DNA of 64,000 nt from an uncultured Desulfurococcales archaeon (GCA_964611985.1 CAZTBM010000002.1:12802-76801), one strand, 5' to 3'. Numbered from the stretch's first letter, positions 1-9,928 are shown. Notes: generated by a model from the sequence alone, not told the origin. Numbers and translations are program-made.

Positions 1-368
1 TTGAACCTTATCTCTATATGGGCATGATAATCTGTCCATGGCCTGAAGGTTGGGCTATGTTGTAGTTCACCTAAAACATCACCTGTGCATACTTTTTCTC
101 CTACTTTAACTATTGGTTTTACATGTAACACTCTAATGTACCCAGTATCAGCTTTAAATCCACAAATATGTTCCTCATGAAGTTTTTTATAAAATACCAG
201 TACACCATCAAATGGACTTAAAACAATACTTTCACCTATAGGAGGGTAAATATCTACTGCACTAAAATTTAAATGCGCATAATATGGGCTATTAGTGAGT
301 GTAAAGTGATACGATTCTGGTATCCTTAGCGATATATTCTGGCAGTAACAAATTTCTATAAGTTTCAA
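1..368 (-). CDS. M23-peptidase-like (LytM fold) protein, runs off the window edge; not in ORF track
   Basis: Manual translation from TTG at 368 is open to position 1: MKLIEICY...NSPYYAHLNFSAVDIYP...VLHVKPIVKVGEKVCTGDVLG...WTDYHAHIEIRF; H..D and HxH metal motifs plus the VKVGEKV..GDVLG strand typical of M23 folds. Confidence 0.6.
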   Translation of the reverse strand, partial: MKLIEICYCQNISLRIPESYHFTLTNSPYYAHLNFSAVDIYPPIGESIVLSPFDGVLVFYKKLHEEHICGFKADTGYIRVLHVKPIVKVGEKVCTGDVLGELQHSPTFRPWTDYHAHIEIRF

Positions 369-519
369 TCTGCTCTAACCCCTTTAAGTCTAGATAGTGA
401 TTACTCCAATAAACTTTATTGCTTAAAGTTCGCATTTTTCCATAGATAGCTGCCTCATCTTATTATAATAAATAAGTTAAAGTATTACTTGGTACTATAT
501 AGTCGAGTAGGTTGTCTTA

Positions 520-1485
520 ATGAAGATTAGGGCATCGATAGGAACTCTTATTGCCCTAGGTTTGGAGAGAGGAACCATAGCTGAGAGGGCATATCCTACT
601 ACAGCATATTTACTACAGTATTCTGAAAGAGGCTGTTTAGCTAGTTGTCTATTTTGCACACAGTCAGTAGAGAGTAATGTAAGGAGGGATTTTCTTAGTC
701 GAATCATCTGGCCCCCTATAGAACTTGATATGTTGGTTGATGCTTTAACTAAAAGACCTGTGTTTAAGAGGGTATGCTTTCAAACAGTAATTAAGAAGAA
801 CTTTATTAGAGAGGCTATTAACGCAATAGAGAGATTAAGTCACATAGGTATCCCTCTATCATTGTGTATAACACCTGTAATTAGCTACTATCTTGAAGTC
901 TTTAAGAAGAAGGGTGTTGAACATATAGGCGTCGGTCTTGATGCAATTACACCACAAGTATTTAAGGTTATGAGGAAGCCTTATACATGGAGCATCTACC
1001 TTAAGTTTATATCCAACGCTGTCCGGATCTTCGGTAGAGGGAAAGTAGATGTCCACGTGATAATAGGTTTAGGTGAAGATATAAAAGAAGCCATCAAAAT
1101 AATGAAACATTTATATGATTTAGGTGCAAGAGTGGCTCTCTTTGCTTACACTCCATTTAGAGGAGTCCCATATAGAGGATCTAGACCTGATATTCGTGTT
1201 TATCGCCTGTTCCAAATAGTAAATTACCTACTAAAGAAGGGCATTAATCCTTTAGAATATATTGTTGATGATCCCCACTTATGTGTGAAACTGAAACGTA
1301 AAATCTTAGATGAATTGAGCGAGGAAGAGTTAAAGGAGGCCCTTTTAACCTCTGGATGTCCAGAATGTAATAGACCATATTATAATGAAAGTCCCAAAGG
1401 ACCTCTATACAATTATCCAAGCAAAGATATAGTAAATAAGTATTGGGGTCTAGAGCTAAAGATATTAGATGAAATATTTATTTAA
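520..1485 (+). CDS. lipS2: Radical SAM protein, LipS2-type archaeal lipoyl synthase component
   Basis: CxxxCxxC (CLASCLFC); C-terminal TSGCPECNRP matches the LipS2 TxGCPxC(N/D)RP motif; adjacent to lipoate ligase genes. Confidence 0.75.
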   Translation: MKIRASIGTLIALGLERGTIAERAYPTTAYLLQYSERGCLASCLFCTQSVESNVRRDFLSRIIWPPIELDMLVDALTKRPVFKRVCFQTVIKKNFIREAINAIERLSHIGIPLSLCITPVISYYLEVFKKKGVEHIGVGLDAITPQVFKVMRKPYTWSIYLKFISNAVRIFGRGKVDVHVIIGLGEDIKEAIKIMKHLYDLGARVALFAYTPFRGVPYRGSRPDIRVYRLFQIVNYLLKKGINPLEYIVDDPHLCVKLKRKILDELSEEELKEALLTSGCPECNRPYYNESPKGPLYNYPSKDIVNKYWGLELKILDEIFI

Positions 1486-1507
1486 CTTTTTAACTTTGAC
1501 TATAATT

Positions 1508-1819
1508 TTAACCTCTCAACGCCTCTTCTATAGCCTCTTTAAGAAGGCTTTTAACATGATTCAATGTTATACCATACAACTCTCCTTTACCCATTATGTT
1601 AACTACTTTATCTACTAAGTCATAACTGATTTTAGTATCTTTTACACTTTTCTCGGCTTCATCAACAACCTCGGGTGGATATACGAAGAAGTCTCCCGTA
1701 ATATATAATGCCTTCACTTTACGCTCTTTAATATCAACTATTAATTCTATTTCTAAGAGTTTACCTCCAGGGACCTTAACACTCTTAACTATACTTTTAA
1801 TTTGTTCCATACGTCTCAC
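1508..1819 (-). CDS. lplB: Lipoate-protein ligase accessory (C-terminal) subunit
   Basis: KVPGGKLL...ITGDFF.YP motif of the LplA C-terminal domain; directly downstream of the catalytic subunit. Confidence 0.8.
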   Translation of the reverse strand: MRRMEQIKSIVKSVKVPGGKLLEIELIVDIKERKVKALYITGDFFVYPPEVVDEAEKSVKDTKISYDLVDKVVNIMGKGELYGITLNHVKSLLKEAIEEALRG

Positions 1820-1822
1820 CTC

Positions 1823-2581
1823 TCATGGTCTAAGTTCAAGCCATTCTCTTGACTTATACTTCCACATGAGATTCTTAGCTAGCTCTATTTCTTCAGGTCT
1901 TAACTGGTCCTCGTATAATTCAGCGTTTAATGCCTTAGAAAAACCATATTTCAATGCATCAATGGTTTCATCCCTAGTTACTCTTCTACCTAGTGCTTCA
2001 CTTATTGTTGTTACTCTTTCCCTTATTGAGGGAACCTTCTTAGCCTTAAGTTTGATTTTTGGCACTCTTAAGACTGAGGCTAGGAGATCCAGATCAGTAG
2101 CATACATGAATGTTCCATGCTGTAGTACTGTATTCCTTCTTCTAATTTGTGCTTGGCCGGAGAACTTCTTACCAGCAATGACGACATCATTTATGGGAAT
2201 GAATTTCGCTTCTACACCTAAGTATTCTGCTGCATAAACTATACCCTTAGTTATTACCTCGTAAGATTTAGCAACATCCCTAGGTATTCTATCAAGTGTT
2301 GATACAATGGAGTAGGTTATTTCACCATTAGAGTCATGATATACTGAGCCTCCACCAGTAATTCTTCTAACAATAGGTATTCCTAGCTCTCTAGCTCTCT
2401 CTAAGTTTACAGCCCTACTTAGTGACTGGAAATATCCTATAGTTATTGCTGAGGGATTAAATACATATAGTCTTAAAGTATCAGGTGTTATGTTTACATA
2501 TCTAAGAATCAACAAAGCCTCATCAAGTGCCATTTGATAATAAGGGTCTCCATCGTCTACAATTAGTCTTAAACGCCACAC
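1823..2581 (-). CDS. lplA: Lipoate-protein ligase catalytic subunit (probable start GTG 2581; ORF open to 2641)
   Basis: MALDEALL, RRITGGGSVYHD, ND, KKFSG, QHGT motifs. Confidence 0.88.
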   Translation of the reverse strand: MWRLRLIVDDGDPYYQMALDEALLILRYVNITPDTLRLYVFNPSAITIGYFQSLSRAVNLERARELGIPIVRRITGGGSVYHDSNGEITYSIVSTLDRIPRDVAKSYEVITKGIVYAAEYLGVEAKFIPINDVVIAGKKFSGQAQIRRRNTVLQHGTFMYATDLDLLASVLRVPKIKLKAKKVPSIRERVTTISEALGRRVTRDETIDALKYGFSKALNAELYEDQLRPEEIELAKNLMWKYKSREWLELRP

Positions 2582-2657
2582 TAGAATCCCCTTATAAACT
2601 AAGTGTAACATAGTTATAAAAAATATTTCAATATACTTCACAGTGATCTATTTGTTT

Positions 2658-5600
2658 TTATGTAGCATAAAGTTCCTCGAATAATTCCTCTTCAGTTACT
2701 TCCTTTCTTCTTCTAAGCCTAGGTCTAATGAACTTGAGGAATACTATCACAATTATAGCTATGATGGGTGGTATTATCAAGTAATTTGAGTATGCAAATA
2801 GTGTCCTGAATATTATTGTTTGTAATGTCGGTTTGAGTTTGAATTCCAGTAGAACATCGTGATCTAGATATATCTTTTTAGTTTCAGGAGCATACCCATT
2901 ATAACTTACTTTTATCGTGTATTCATCACGTGGTAGGTTTATAGCATAGCTTCCTTTTTTATCTGTTTTACCAGTAATACTTTCAGCATTTAAGATCTGT
3001 ATTTCGGCACCTTGTACAGGTTTTCCTTCTTCATCTCTCACTATAACCCTTAAGATGTATGGTCTCCTTGAGAGTAATACTCTTACTTCCTTGTCGCTAT
3101 TTAGTATAACCTTCATAGTCTTCTTACCGTAAGGCTCACTTGGAATAACGTTTATGATATAAATTCCACTAGGTAGCGTTATAGCAGTAAAAGGTGGTTT
3201 AAGAACAGTAATTACTTTGGTATCCTTTACTACTTCGACCTTAGCATCTACGGGTTCCAGTGTAGATTTGTCTAAAACTTTTACTATAAGTTTATAACGT
3301 GGATATTTAAAGGTAATAGTTATTTTTGTATTTTCTGTTAGTTCTACTACCGTAGAAGCTGGCTCCATACCGCTCTTAAATGCTTTCACTTTGTAAATTC
3401 CCGGCTTTAGAAGGAAAGTAACACTATTGGTTGTCGTACTTTTTGATGTTCTCCACGTATCAGTTGATATTAAAACATGGAAACCTTTTAGCGGTTTACC
3501 TCCCTCGTCAACAGCTTCTATTGTTAATTTGTATTTTACTGGAGTCAGCGAGATAACTACTATACCCGGGACATGTATTTTCATAATAGCTGGTTCATAA
3601 TTTTTAACTGTAATGTCTAATTCGTAATTTCCTCCAGGTATCTTTAATGTTGAGTTATCCTGTGTTATGATAAGCTTTCCTTCAACCCCTGTAAGTAGGT
3701 CTCGTATAACCAGTCTAACAGGATATACAGGTTTCCCTGTATCCTTATCTATGATTTTTATTACTAACCGTTCGAGCCTTGCTGGAATAGACACATTAAG
3801 CGCCATAGATCTATTGATGTAAACGTCTTTTTGATATGTTCTACCGTCAGGTAATGTTAGGTATAACCTATATGGTCCTTCGCGAATAAATGACTCAACT
3901 GTCTTTCTCGTCTTATCTACTATAGCTATCGTGAATTTGACTATTCCTTCTTCATCAGATATCCCTTCATATCTTGGTAATCCCTTTTTAAGCGGGATTA
4001 ATACTGCCTTCACTTTTGGTACAGGTCCTGCACCAAAACCTATTCCATAAGGATCGCCTTTACATAAAACCTTCACTGTAAAATGGAATAATTCAAAGTT
4101 TATTATCGGGTCTACACTTTCTCTAAATCCTGTTTCAATTTTCTCTACTACTTCACCTAGTGTTGGATCAAAAACTCTAATATAATATGTGCCACGTGAG
4201 ACATAGAAAAATGCTTCACCTCTCTCATTGGTTATTCCCTTCATTAACGTTTTATTTAGTGCATTCAGTAGTTCGACTTCAGCTTCAGGTATAGGTGTTG
4301 TCTCATTGAGCATTACCTTAACTTTAATCTCAAAGTACTCAGGTAACCCTTTTGTATACATTTCACTTTTCAATCCTTTTATTACGAAGACTTTGCCATC
4401 ACTTAAGCCGTATACTATAAGGTTACCAGTAGTTGATGTAGCTACACTAGTGATATCACTGATCATTGGAAGTCCATGTTCTTGTAACCATAAAGGTTTA
4501 CCACAGTTAAAAGTTATAAGCTGTGTTTTCCTAATTGATGATGCTAGAACAAAACCCATAATATTATGTTCAAGCCTTCTCCAAGCCCAAATTAGATTAA
4601 CATGTCTAACTGCCTCTGTAAGCGGCTCTAAAGGAACACACCACTCTAGCTTAAAATTAAATTTTTCACCAAATGTGTCCGTTGTTATATTAAACATGTA
4701 TATGTTTCCATCAGTACATCCAATAATTGTATAGACTGAGTTCACTCTATAATAAAGGAGTAACTGTGACGAAATCCCAGGTATATAGTATGTGAACTTT
4801 TCAACGAGTTCATAACCTGTCTTATTGATTACTATTGCTTTCTTAAGAACGTTCCATGTGATGGTATCTTCACTTACGTATGATAGTAAGAGAATATCTC
4901 TACCAAGAAAACCAGATATACCTATAGGTCCCTCTATGAGTGAAGGTAGTAAAGAGATATAGAGAACGCTATAATTAAATGGTGCATTAGTAAAGTTGAG
5001 TATGGCAAGAAACGGGTATGTACCCCTAGTTGTAGATACTACCCCCTTAATTAGTGTATATTCACAGTTATAGCAGTAGCTATTCTTACATTCATAGTAA
5101 TCGGTCTTCAATACCACATCAGATATACTGATGGATGTAATGTTAGTTATACCAAATGTACTATTGAGTGCTTCAACAAGTTTATTATTGTGAATACCCT
5201 TAAACCCTATCTCAAGTCTCCCGTGATAATATATGTTATATACGTAGAGTAAGCCTTTTGAGTCAAGAACAAGTAATATTCCATGCTTTCCATCTAAGAG
5301 TGTTTTAATAATGTTAGCTTTATGGCCCGAAACCTTTACCAATTCCCTAATGTACTTGAGTTTTTTAGTTGAAACTTCTAAGACCGCAGCCTCCCCATTA
5401 TTGGTTGATACTGCAACAAGACCTCTACCATATCCGCCTATTGTGAGGGAATTGATCTTGCCTAGCAGAGTCTTATTCCATACTTCAAACTTATTTTCAG
5501 AGCTATTAACATAGACTACATATAACGTATTCTCTGAAGATGCAACAAATGTGGTATCATTGATTACCTTAACGCTACTTATACCTGAGTCTGAAAGCTT

Positions 5601-5753
5601 AATTAGCAATCCACACTCATAATTTGCCCTTATAAACTCAAGTGACTGGGTATTGGTTACACTTAATAGAGGAATAAACAGCATTAAAAATACTAGGATG
5701 ACTGCCACTCTCTTGAAGATTCTTATCACATCATTACATACGTGCATAAACAT
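2658..5753 (-). CDS. Large membrane-anchored surface protein: beta-propeller-like N-half plus repeated carboxypeptidase-regulatory-like beta-sandwich domains
   Basis: N-terminal signal peptide; repeats like V.D..GKPV.GA.V...G.T...G.Y.I; C-terminal TM followed by RRRK and an acidic tail. Confidence 0.65.
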   Translation of the reverse strand: MFMHVCNDVIRIFKRVAVILVFLMLFIPLLSVTNTQSLEFIRANYECGLLIKLSDSGISSVKVINDTTFVASSENTLYVVYVNSSENKFEVWNKTLLGKINSLTIGGYGRGLVAVSTNNGEAAVLEVSTKKLKYIRELVKVSGHKANIIKTLLDGKHGILLVLDSKGLLYVYNIYYHGRLEIGFKGIHNNKLVEALNSTFGITNITSISISDVVLKTDYYECKNSYCYNCEYTLIKGVVSTTRGTYPFLAILNFTNAPFNYSVLYISLLPSLIEGPIGISGFLGRDILLLSYVSEDTITWNVLKKAIVINKTGYELVEKFTYYIPGISSQLLLYYRVNSVYTIIGCTDGNIYMFNITTDTFGEKFNFKLEWCVPLEPLTEAVRHVNLIWAWRRLEHNIMGFVLASSIRKTQLITFNCGKPLWLQEHGLPMISDITSVATSTTGNLIVYGLSDGKVFVIKGLKSEMYTKGLPEYFEIKVKVMLNETTPIPEAEVELLNALNKTLMKGITNERGEAFFYVSRGTYYIRVFDPTLGEVVEKIETGFRESVDPIINFELFHFTVKVLCKGDPYGIGFGAGPVPKVKAVLIPLKKGLPRYEGISDEEGIVKFTIAIVDKTRKTVESFIREGPYRLYLTLPDGRTYQKDVYINRSMALNVSIPARLERLVIKIIDKDTGKPVYPVRLVIRDLLTGVEGKLIITQDNSTLKIPGGNYELDITVKNYEPAIMKIHVPGIVVISLTPVKYKLTIEAVDEGGKPLKGFHVLISTDTWRTSKSTTTNSVTFLLKPGIYKVKAFKSGMEPASTVVELTENTKITITFKYPRYKLIVKVLDKSTLEPVDAKVEVVKDTKVITVLKPPFTAITLPSGIYIINVIPSEPYGKKTMKVILNSDKEVRVLLSRRPYILRVIVRDEEGKPVQGAEIQILNAESITGKTDKKGSYAINLPRDEYTIKVSYNGYAPETKKIYLDHDVLLEFKLKPTLQTIIFRTLFAYSNYLIIPPIIAIIVIVFLKFIRPRLRRRKEVTEEELFEELYAT

Positions 5754-5950
5754 AGTACCTCAGGGCACTCCTCAAAGAGGATACTAAATCATTATGTACG
5801 TAAGCTCCCTTTTTTATCATAAAACTAGTAGGGCTATCACAGATTTAAAAATTCTTAGTCATATTGATTGAAAAAAGAACCCTATAAAGAACGTTGAGGA
5901 AGAAGTTTATCTATAAGAATTGTGTAATAAATACATGAGATTAAAGGAGT

Positions 5951-6009
5951 TTAATGATGAGGCTTACAAGGGCAGATTTTGGTGATGTAAGAACCCGCGT
6001 CTGAATTAA
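5951..6009 (+). ncRNA. C/D box sRNA (2'-O-methylation guide), both guides complementary to tRNA
   Basis: C box ATGATGA 5954-5960, 12-nt guide GGCTTACAAGGG, D' CAGA 5973-5976, C' GTGATGT 5982-5988, 12-nt guide AAGAACCCGCGT, D box CTGA 6001-6004; intergenic, canonical archaeal spacing. Confidence 0.85.
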
Positions 6010-6111
6010 CGGGTATTGGGAGTTGTATCATGACTCTACTTAAGTAAAACATAAAAATGTAATCCTTTCTTCTTTAACCTCAAAAGCAGTTCGTATTAGT
6101 ATTAGGATGGG

Positions 6112-6396
6112 GTGTCTATGAGCATGTGCAATAAGGACTTAAGCAAGGATGCGCTCATAGACTTAATCCTAAGAGCTGGCCTTGTACAAGACTTTATTGA
6201 GTGGTTAAAGAGGAAAAATATTGAACTATATGGTCTAAAAGGTCTTGAAGAACTAGATTATAGTGTGGTATTTGAATATGCTAAGGAGAAAAGACTAGTA
6301 GTTCTTGAAGAGGACATCTTCGAAGGTAGTGATAAAATAGAGGAAAAGTACGAACCCTTAAATATTAGACCGAAGACCCCTCCAAAGAAAAAATAA
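6112..6396 (+). CDS. Hypothetical protein
   Basis: 94 aa ORF with protein-like composition, no recognised motif. Confidence 0.55.
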   Translation: MSMSMCNKDLSKDALIDLILRAGLVQDFIEWLKRKNIELYGLKGLEELDYSVVFEYAKEKRLVVLEEDIFEGSDKIEEKYEPLNIRPKTPPKKK

Positions 6397-6552
6397 ACGA
6401 ATTTTAGTAGACCCTCCCCTATCAATAATTTTACTTCACATTGTCTAATTCTTTATTATAATTTGACTATATAGCTGGAAGCTTATAGTTAGGATTCTTT
6501 AATAGTTAAGTATATCAGATGTAAGGCTTCTATAGAAAAACTTATAAGATAG

Positions 6553-6567
6553 TAGAGGATTCCTCTA
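6553..6567. promoter_or_regulatory. Palindromic operator candidate TAGAGGA-T-TCCTCTA upstream of lysW1/argX
   Basis: Perfect 7-bp inverted repeat just downstream of BRE/TATA-like GAAAAACTTATAA (6535-6547); same AGGATTCCT core occurs upstream of argG. Confidence 0.55.
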
Positions 6568-6590
6568 GTAGAGCCATGTAAAAAATTGAG

Positions 6591-6764
6591 GTGTGTTTAT
6601 TGGAGTGCCCGGTATGTAAGGCTAAGATTGAGCTACCATCTGATATAATAGATGGTGAAATAGTTGAGTGTGAAAGTTGTGGAGTTGAACTAGAGGTTAA
6701 AGTATCATCTGGTAATAATATATCCTTGAAACTTGTAAATATAGAAGAGGACTGGGGCGAGTAA
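6591..6764 (+). CDS. lysW: LysW amino-group carrier protein, copy 1 (ArgX-linked); start GTG 6591 or TTG 6600; not in ORF track
   Basis: Manual translation LECPVCKAKIELPSDIIDGEIVECESCGVELEV...IEEDWGE*: two CxxC zinc-ribbon pairs and diagnostic EDWGE C-terminus. Confidence 0.95.
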   Translation: MCLLECPVCKAKIELPSDIIDGEIVECESCGVELEVKVSSGNNISLKLVNIEEDWGE

Positions 6765-6790
6765 AATTAAGTTACCACTCCGATGTAATA

Positions 6791-7624
6791 TTGGTATATG
6801 ATATCCCCAGATATGAAGAGAAGAGTATATACAATGAACTATCTAATTTAGGTATAAAAGTAGACATACTTAACGTTCAACGAGAACCTTTACCTCTATT
6901 TGATAAAGGTCTTTCATGCAAGTTAGCGCTTATTAGGGTAATGAGTTTTACAAGAGCATATTATTCATCATTGTACTTTGATACATTAGGCTCCTATACT
7001 ATAAACTCACCATACACTATATTAACTTGTGGAGATAAGGTAATATCATTAGCTAAGCTGAAAAAATATTCCATACCCATCCCTAAGACGTGTATTAGCT
7101 TAGCTAATGATTCTTTAGATAAGATTCCAAAAATACTCAAATACCCATTAGTCGATAAGCCACCAATAGGTAGCTGGGGTAGAATGGTTAGCTTGGTGAA
7201 CGACTATACATGTCTAAAAATCATCAAGGAACATAGGGAACTCTTCCAGGATCCCAGATTAAAAGTTCATATAGTCCAAGAGTATATACCGCATGATAAA
7301 GATTATAGAGTATTAGTTTTAGGTGATGAAATATTGGGTATCATATGTAGAGTTAGAAGAGATGAAGATTGGAGAACCAATGTAGCTCTAGGAGGTAAAG
7401 TGGAGAGTGTACCTAAAGCTAATAAAGAAATAGAAGAATTAACTTTTAAGGTTAAGGAGATAGTTAAGGGCGACTTTATTGCAGTAGACATTATAGAGCA
7501 TGATAGTAAGTATTATGTAATTGAAGTTAATGGTGTCCCTGAATTTAAAGGTTTCATGAAAGCTACAGGTATAAATGTACCCTTAAAAATAGCCAAATAC
7601 GTTAAGGAGGTTATGAAAAGGTGA
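6791..7624 (+). CDS. argX: RimK-family ATP-grasp LysW ligase, ArgX-type (glutamate)
   Basis: KPPIGSWGR, WRTNVALGG and EVNGVPEFKGF; the GF signature is characteristic of ArgX. Confidence 0.8.
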   Translation: MVYDIPRYEEKSIYNELSNLGIKVDILNVQREPLPLFDKGLSCKLALIRVMSFTRAYYSSLYFDTLGSYTINSPYTILTCGDKVISLAKLKKYSIPIPKTCISLANDSLDKIPKILKYPLVDKPPIGSWGRMVSLVNDYTCLKIIKEHRELFQDPRLKVHIVQEYIPHDKDYRVLVLGDEILGIICRVRRDEDWRTNVALGGKVESVPKANKEIEELTFKVKEIVKGDFIAVDIIEHDSKYYVIEVNGVPEFKGFMKATGINVPLKIAKYVKEVMKR

Positions 7625-8679
7625 CCAAAGTCTCAATAATAGGTGCCTCAGGATATACAGGTGGAGAACTACTCAGAATATTAAGTAGACATCCCAAAGT
7701 CGAAATTATTATAGCCACTTCCAGGGAGTACAAAGGTAAACCAGTACATTACGCACATCCTAATTTAAGAGGTATAAGTAAACTTAAACGATTAAAGTAT
7801 TCAGAGACAAACATCGACAAAATAGCATCTGAATCTGATGTCGTCTTTCTCGCAGTACCACACGGAGTATCATTAAAGTATGTACCTAAACTTCTCGAAG
7901 TAGGATTAAAGATCATTGATTTAAGCGCCGACTTTAGACTAAAGGATCCAGAAGAATACAAAAGATGGTATGGTATTGAACATCCCTATCCAGATTTACT
8001 CAAGAAGAGCGTCTATGGGTTACCTGAGTTGCATAGAGAGGAAATTAGGAATACCACTCTAATCGGCAATCCTGGATGTAATTCCACTGCGGGAATCTTA
8101 TCATTAATACCCTTAGTTAAACATAAGGTTATTGACTTAGATCACATAGCCATAGACGTTAAGGTAGGTTCGTCAGAGGCTGGCGCTAAACCCTCTAAAG
8201 GCTCTCACCATCCAGAAAGAGAGAATGTAATGAGGCCTTATAGTGCTGAAGGTCACAGGCATGTAGCTGAAATTGAACAAGAACTAAGCATTATAGCAGG
8301 TAGAAAACTAAAAGTAGCATTCACACCTCATGCTGTAAGCTCTATCAGGGGAGCACTTGCCTCAGCCCATACATGGCTTATAAAAGAAGTGGATGAAATA
8401 AGCTTACTAAGAATATACACACTAACCTATGCTAAGGAGCCATTTGTTAGAGTAGTCTATGGTGCACCATTGAAGTACCCTGATCCAAAGTATGTAATAG
8501 GATCCAATTTTGCTGACATAGGCTTCGCCTTAGATAAGAGGGTAGGCAGAGTAGTATCATTTGCAGCTATCGATAATTTGGTTAAGGGAGCCTCTGGACA
8601 GGCAGTACAATGCTTTAACATAATGATGGGATTTGAAGAAACTTTAGGCCTAGATATACCACCGTTAAGACCTGCGTGA
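7621..8679 (+). CDS. lysY: LysW-aminoadipyl/glutamyl-phosphate reductase (ArgC family)
   Basis: GASGYTGGEL, DLSADFRL, NPGC, DNLVKGASGQA. Confidence 0.93.
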   Translation: MTKVSIIGASGYTGGELLRILSRHPKVEIIIATSREYKGKPVHYAHPNLRGISKLKRLKYSETNIDKIASESDVVFLAVPHGVSLKYVPKLLEVGLKIIDLSADFRLKDPEEYKRWYGIEHPYPDLLKKSVYGLPELHREEIRNTTLIGNPGCNSTAGILSLIPLVKHKVIDLDHIAIDVKVGSSEAGAKPSKGSHHPERENVMRPYSAEGHRHVAEIEQELSIIAGRKLKVAFTPHAVSSIRGALASAHTWLIKEVDEISLLRIYTLTYAKEPFVRVVYGAPLKYPDPKYVIGSNFADIGFALDKRVGRVVSFAAIDNLVKGASGQAVQCFNIMMGFEETLGLDIPPLRPA

Positions 8680-9485
8680 TAGTAATGATCATAGTTAAAA
8701 TTGGTGGAAGAGCTTTAGAGCAAGGACTTGATAACGTGCTAGATGACTTAAAGACCTTATATGATAGAGGAGAGAAAATAGTATTCGTTCATGGAGGAGG
8801 TGATATAGTCACCTTTTACTCTAAACGGCTAGGAATAGAACCTAAATTCGTCATATCACCTAGTGGTGTGAGAAGCCGATATACATCACCTGAGGAACTA
8901 GAAGTGTACCTAATGGTTATGGCTGGTAAAATCAATAAAGAGATTACGGCAAAAATGCTGAGAAGAAACATTAAGGCTATAGGATTATCAGGAGTTGACG
9001 GCAAGCTTCTCTTGGCCGAAAGGAAAAAGAGAATTATAATAGTTGATGAGAGGGGAAGGAAAAGAGTCATTGAAGGAGGCTATACTGGAAAGATAAAACA
9101 GGTTAATGCTGAGGTACTACTTAGTCTTCTCGAAAAATCTTTCCTACCTGTAATAGCGCCTATAGCCTATGGTACTGAGGGAGAACTACTAAATGTTGAC
9201 GGCGACCAAGCCGCATCCGAAATAGCTATCGCAATGAAAGCTAATACTTTAATATTACTTACTGATGTTCAAGGAGTCATAATCGATAATAACATAGTAT
9301 CTTGTATAAAGGTTAAGGAGGTGAAAGAAATAGTTAAAAGTGTTGGCATGGGAATGAATAGAAAGATTATCTTAGCATCAAGAGCTATTGAAGGAGGAGT
9401 TAAAAGAGTAATAATTTCATCAGCTTTAATTTCTAATCCCATCATAAATGCACTTAAAGGCTCAGGTACGGTGATTGAGCCATGA
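8676..9485 (+). CDS. lysZ: LysW-aminoadipate/glutamate kinase (ArgB family)
   Basis: VKIGG, VHGGG, SRYT, NVDGD, LTDV, GMNRK. Confidence 0.93.
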   Translation: MIVMIIVKIGGRALEQGLDNVLDDLKTLYDRGEKIVFVHGGGDIVTFYSKRLGIEPKFVISPSGVRSRYTSPEELEVYLMVMAGKINKEITAKMLRRNIKAIGLSGVDGKLLLAERKKRIIIVDERGRKRVIEGGYTGKIKQVNAEVLLSLLEKSFLPVIAPIAYGTEGELLNVDGDQAASEIAIAMKANTLILLTDVQGVIIDNNIVSCIKVKEVKEIVKSVGMGMNRKIILASRAIEGGVKRVIISSALISNPIINALKGSGTVIEP

Positions 9486-9904
9486 TCGTTCTTGATAAAA
9501 TAGATCTTACAATAATTGATATATTAAGGAAGAATGCTAGAACGCCGTATACTGAGATCGCTAAGAAACTTAGACTAAGCGAGGCTGCAATCAGGAAAAG
9601 AATTGACAAACTAGTGAGGCTAGGTGTGATAAGAAGATTTACAATAGATGTCAGTTTAGAAAATGAAATAAAAGCTATCATATTAGTTAAAGTTAATCCA
9701 CCCACACCTGTAAGTGAAGTTTCAAAGAAGATCATTAAGTTTAATGGTGTGGACGTAGTGTACGAGATAACAGGAGATCATGATATTGCAGTTATAGTCC
9801 ATGGGCAGAGCATGCTGGAAATAAACAAGTATATTGATATGATAAGAGATATTAAAGGAGTTGCAGGCACAAATACTATGATCGTGCTTAGAGCGTGGTA
9901 CTAA
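9482..9904 (+). CDS. lysM: Lrp/AsnC family regulator LysM
   Basis: N-terminal Lrp HTH (NARTPYTEIAKKLRLSEAAIRKRI), EITGDHDI RAM domain; lysYZM synteny. Confidence 0.88.
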   Translation: MIVLDKIDLTIIDILRKNARTPYTEIAKKLRLSEAAIRKRIDKLVRLGVIRRFTIDVSLENEIKAIILVKVNPPTPVSEVSKKIIKFNGVDVVYEITGDHDIAVIVHGQSMLEINKYIDMIRDIKGVAGTNTMIVLRAWY

Positions 9905-9928
9905 AAAACAATAGAATATTGTTTACAC

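Noticed and set aside
5758..5822. Possible minus-strand C/D-like element before the 1031 aa gene
   Set aside because: Degenerate boxes with wrong spacing; the CTGA overlaps the gene's SD-like GAGGT.
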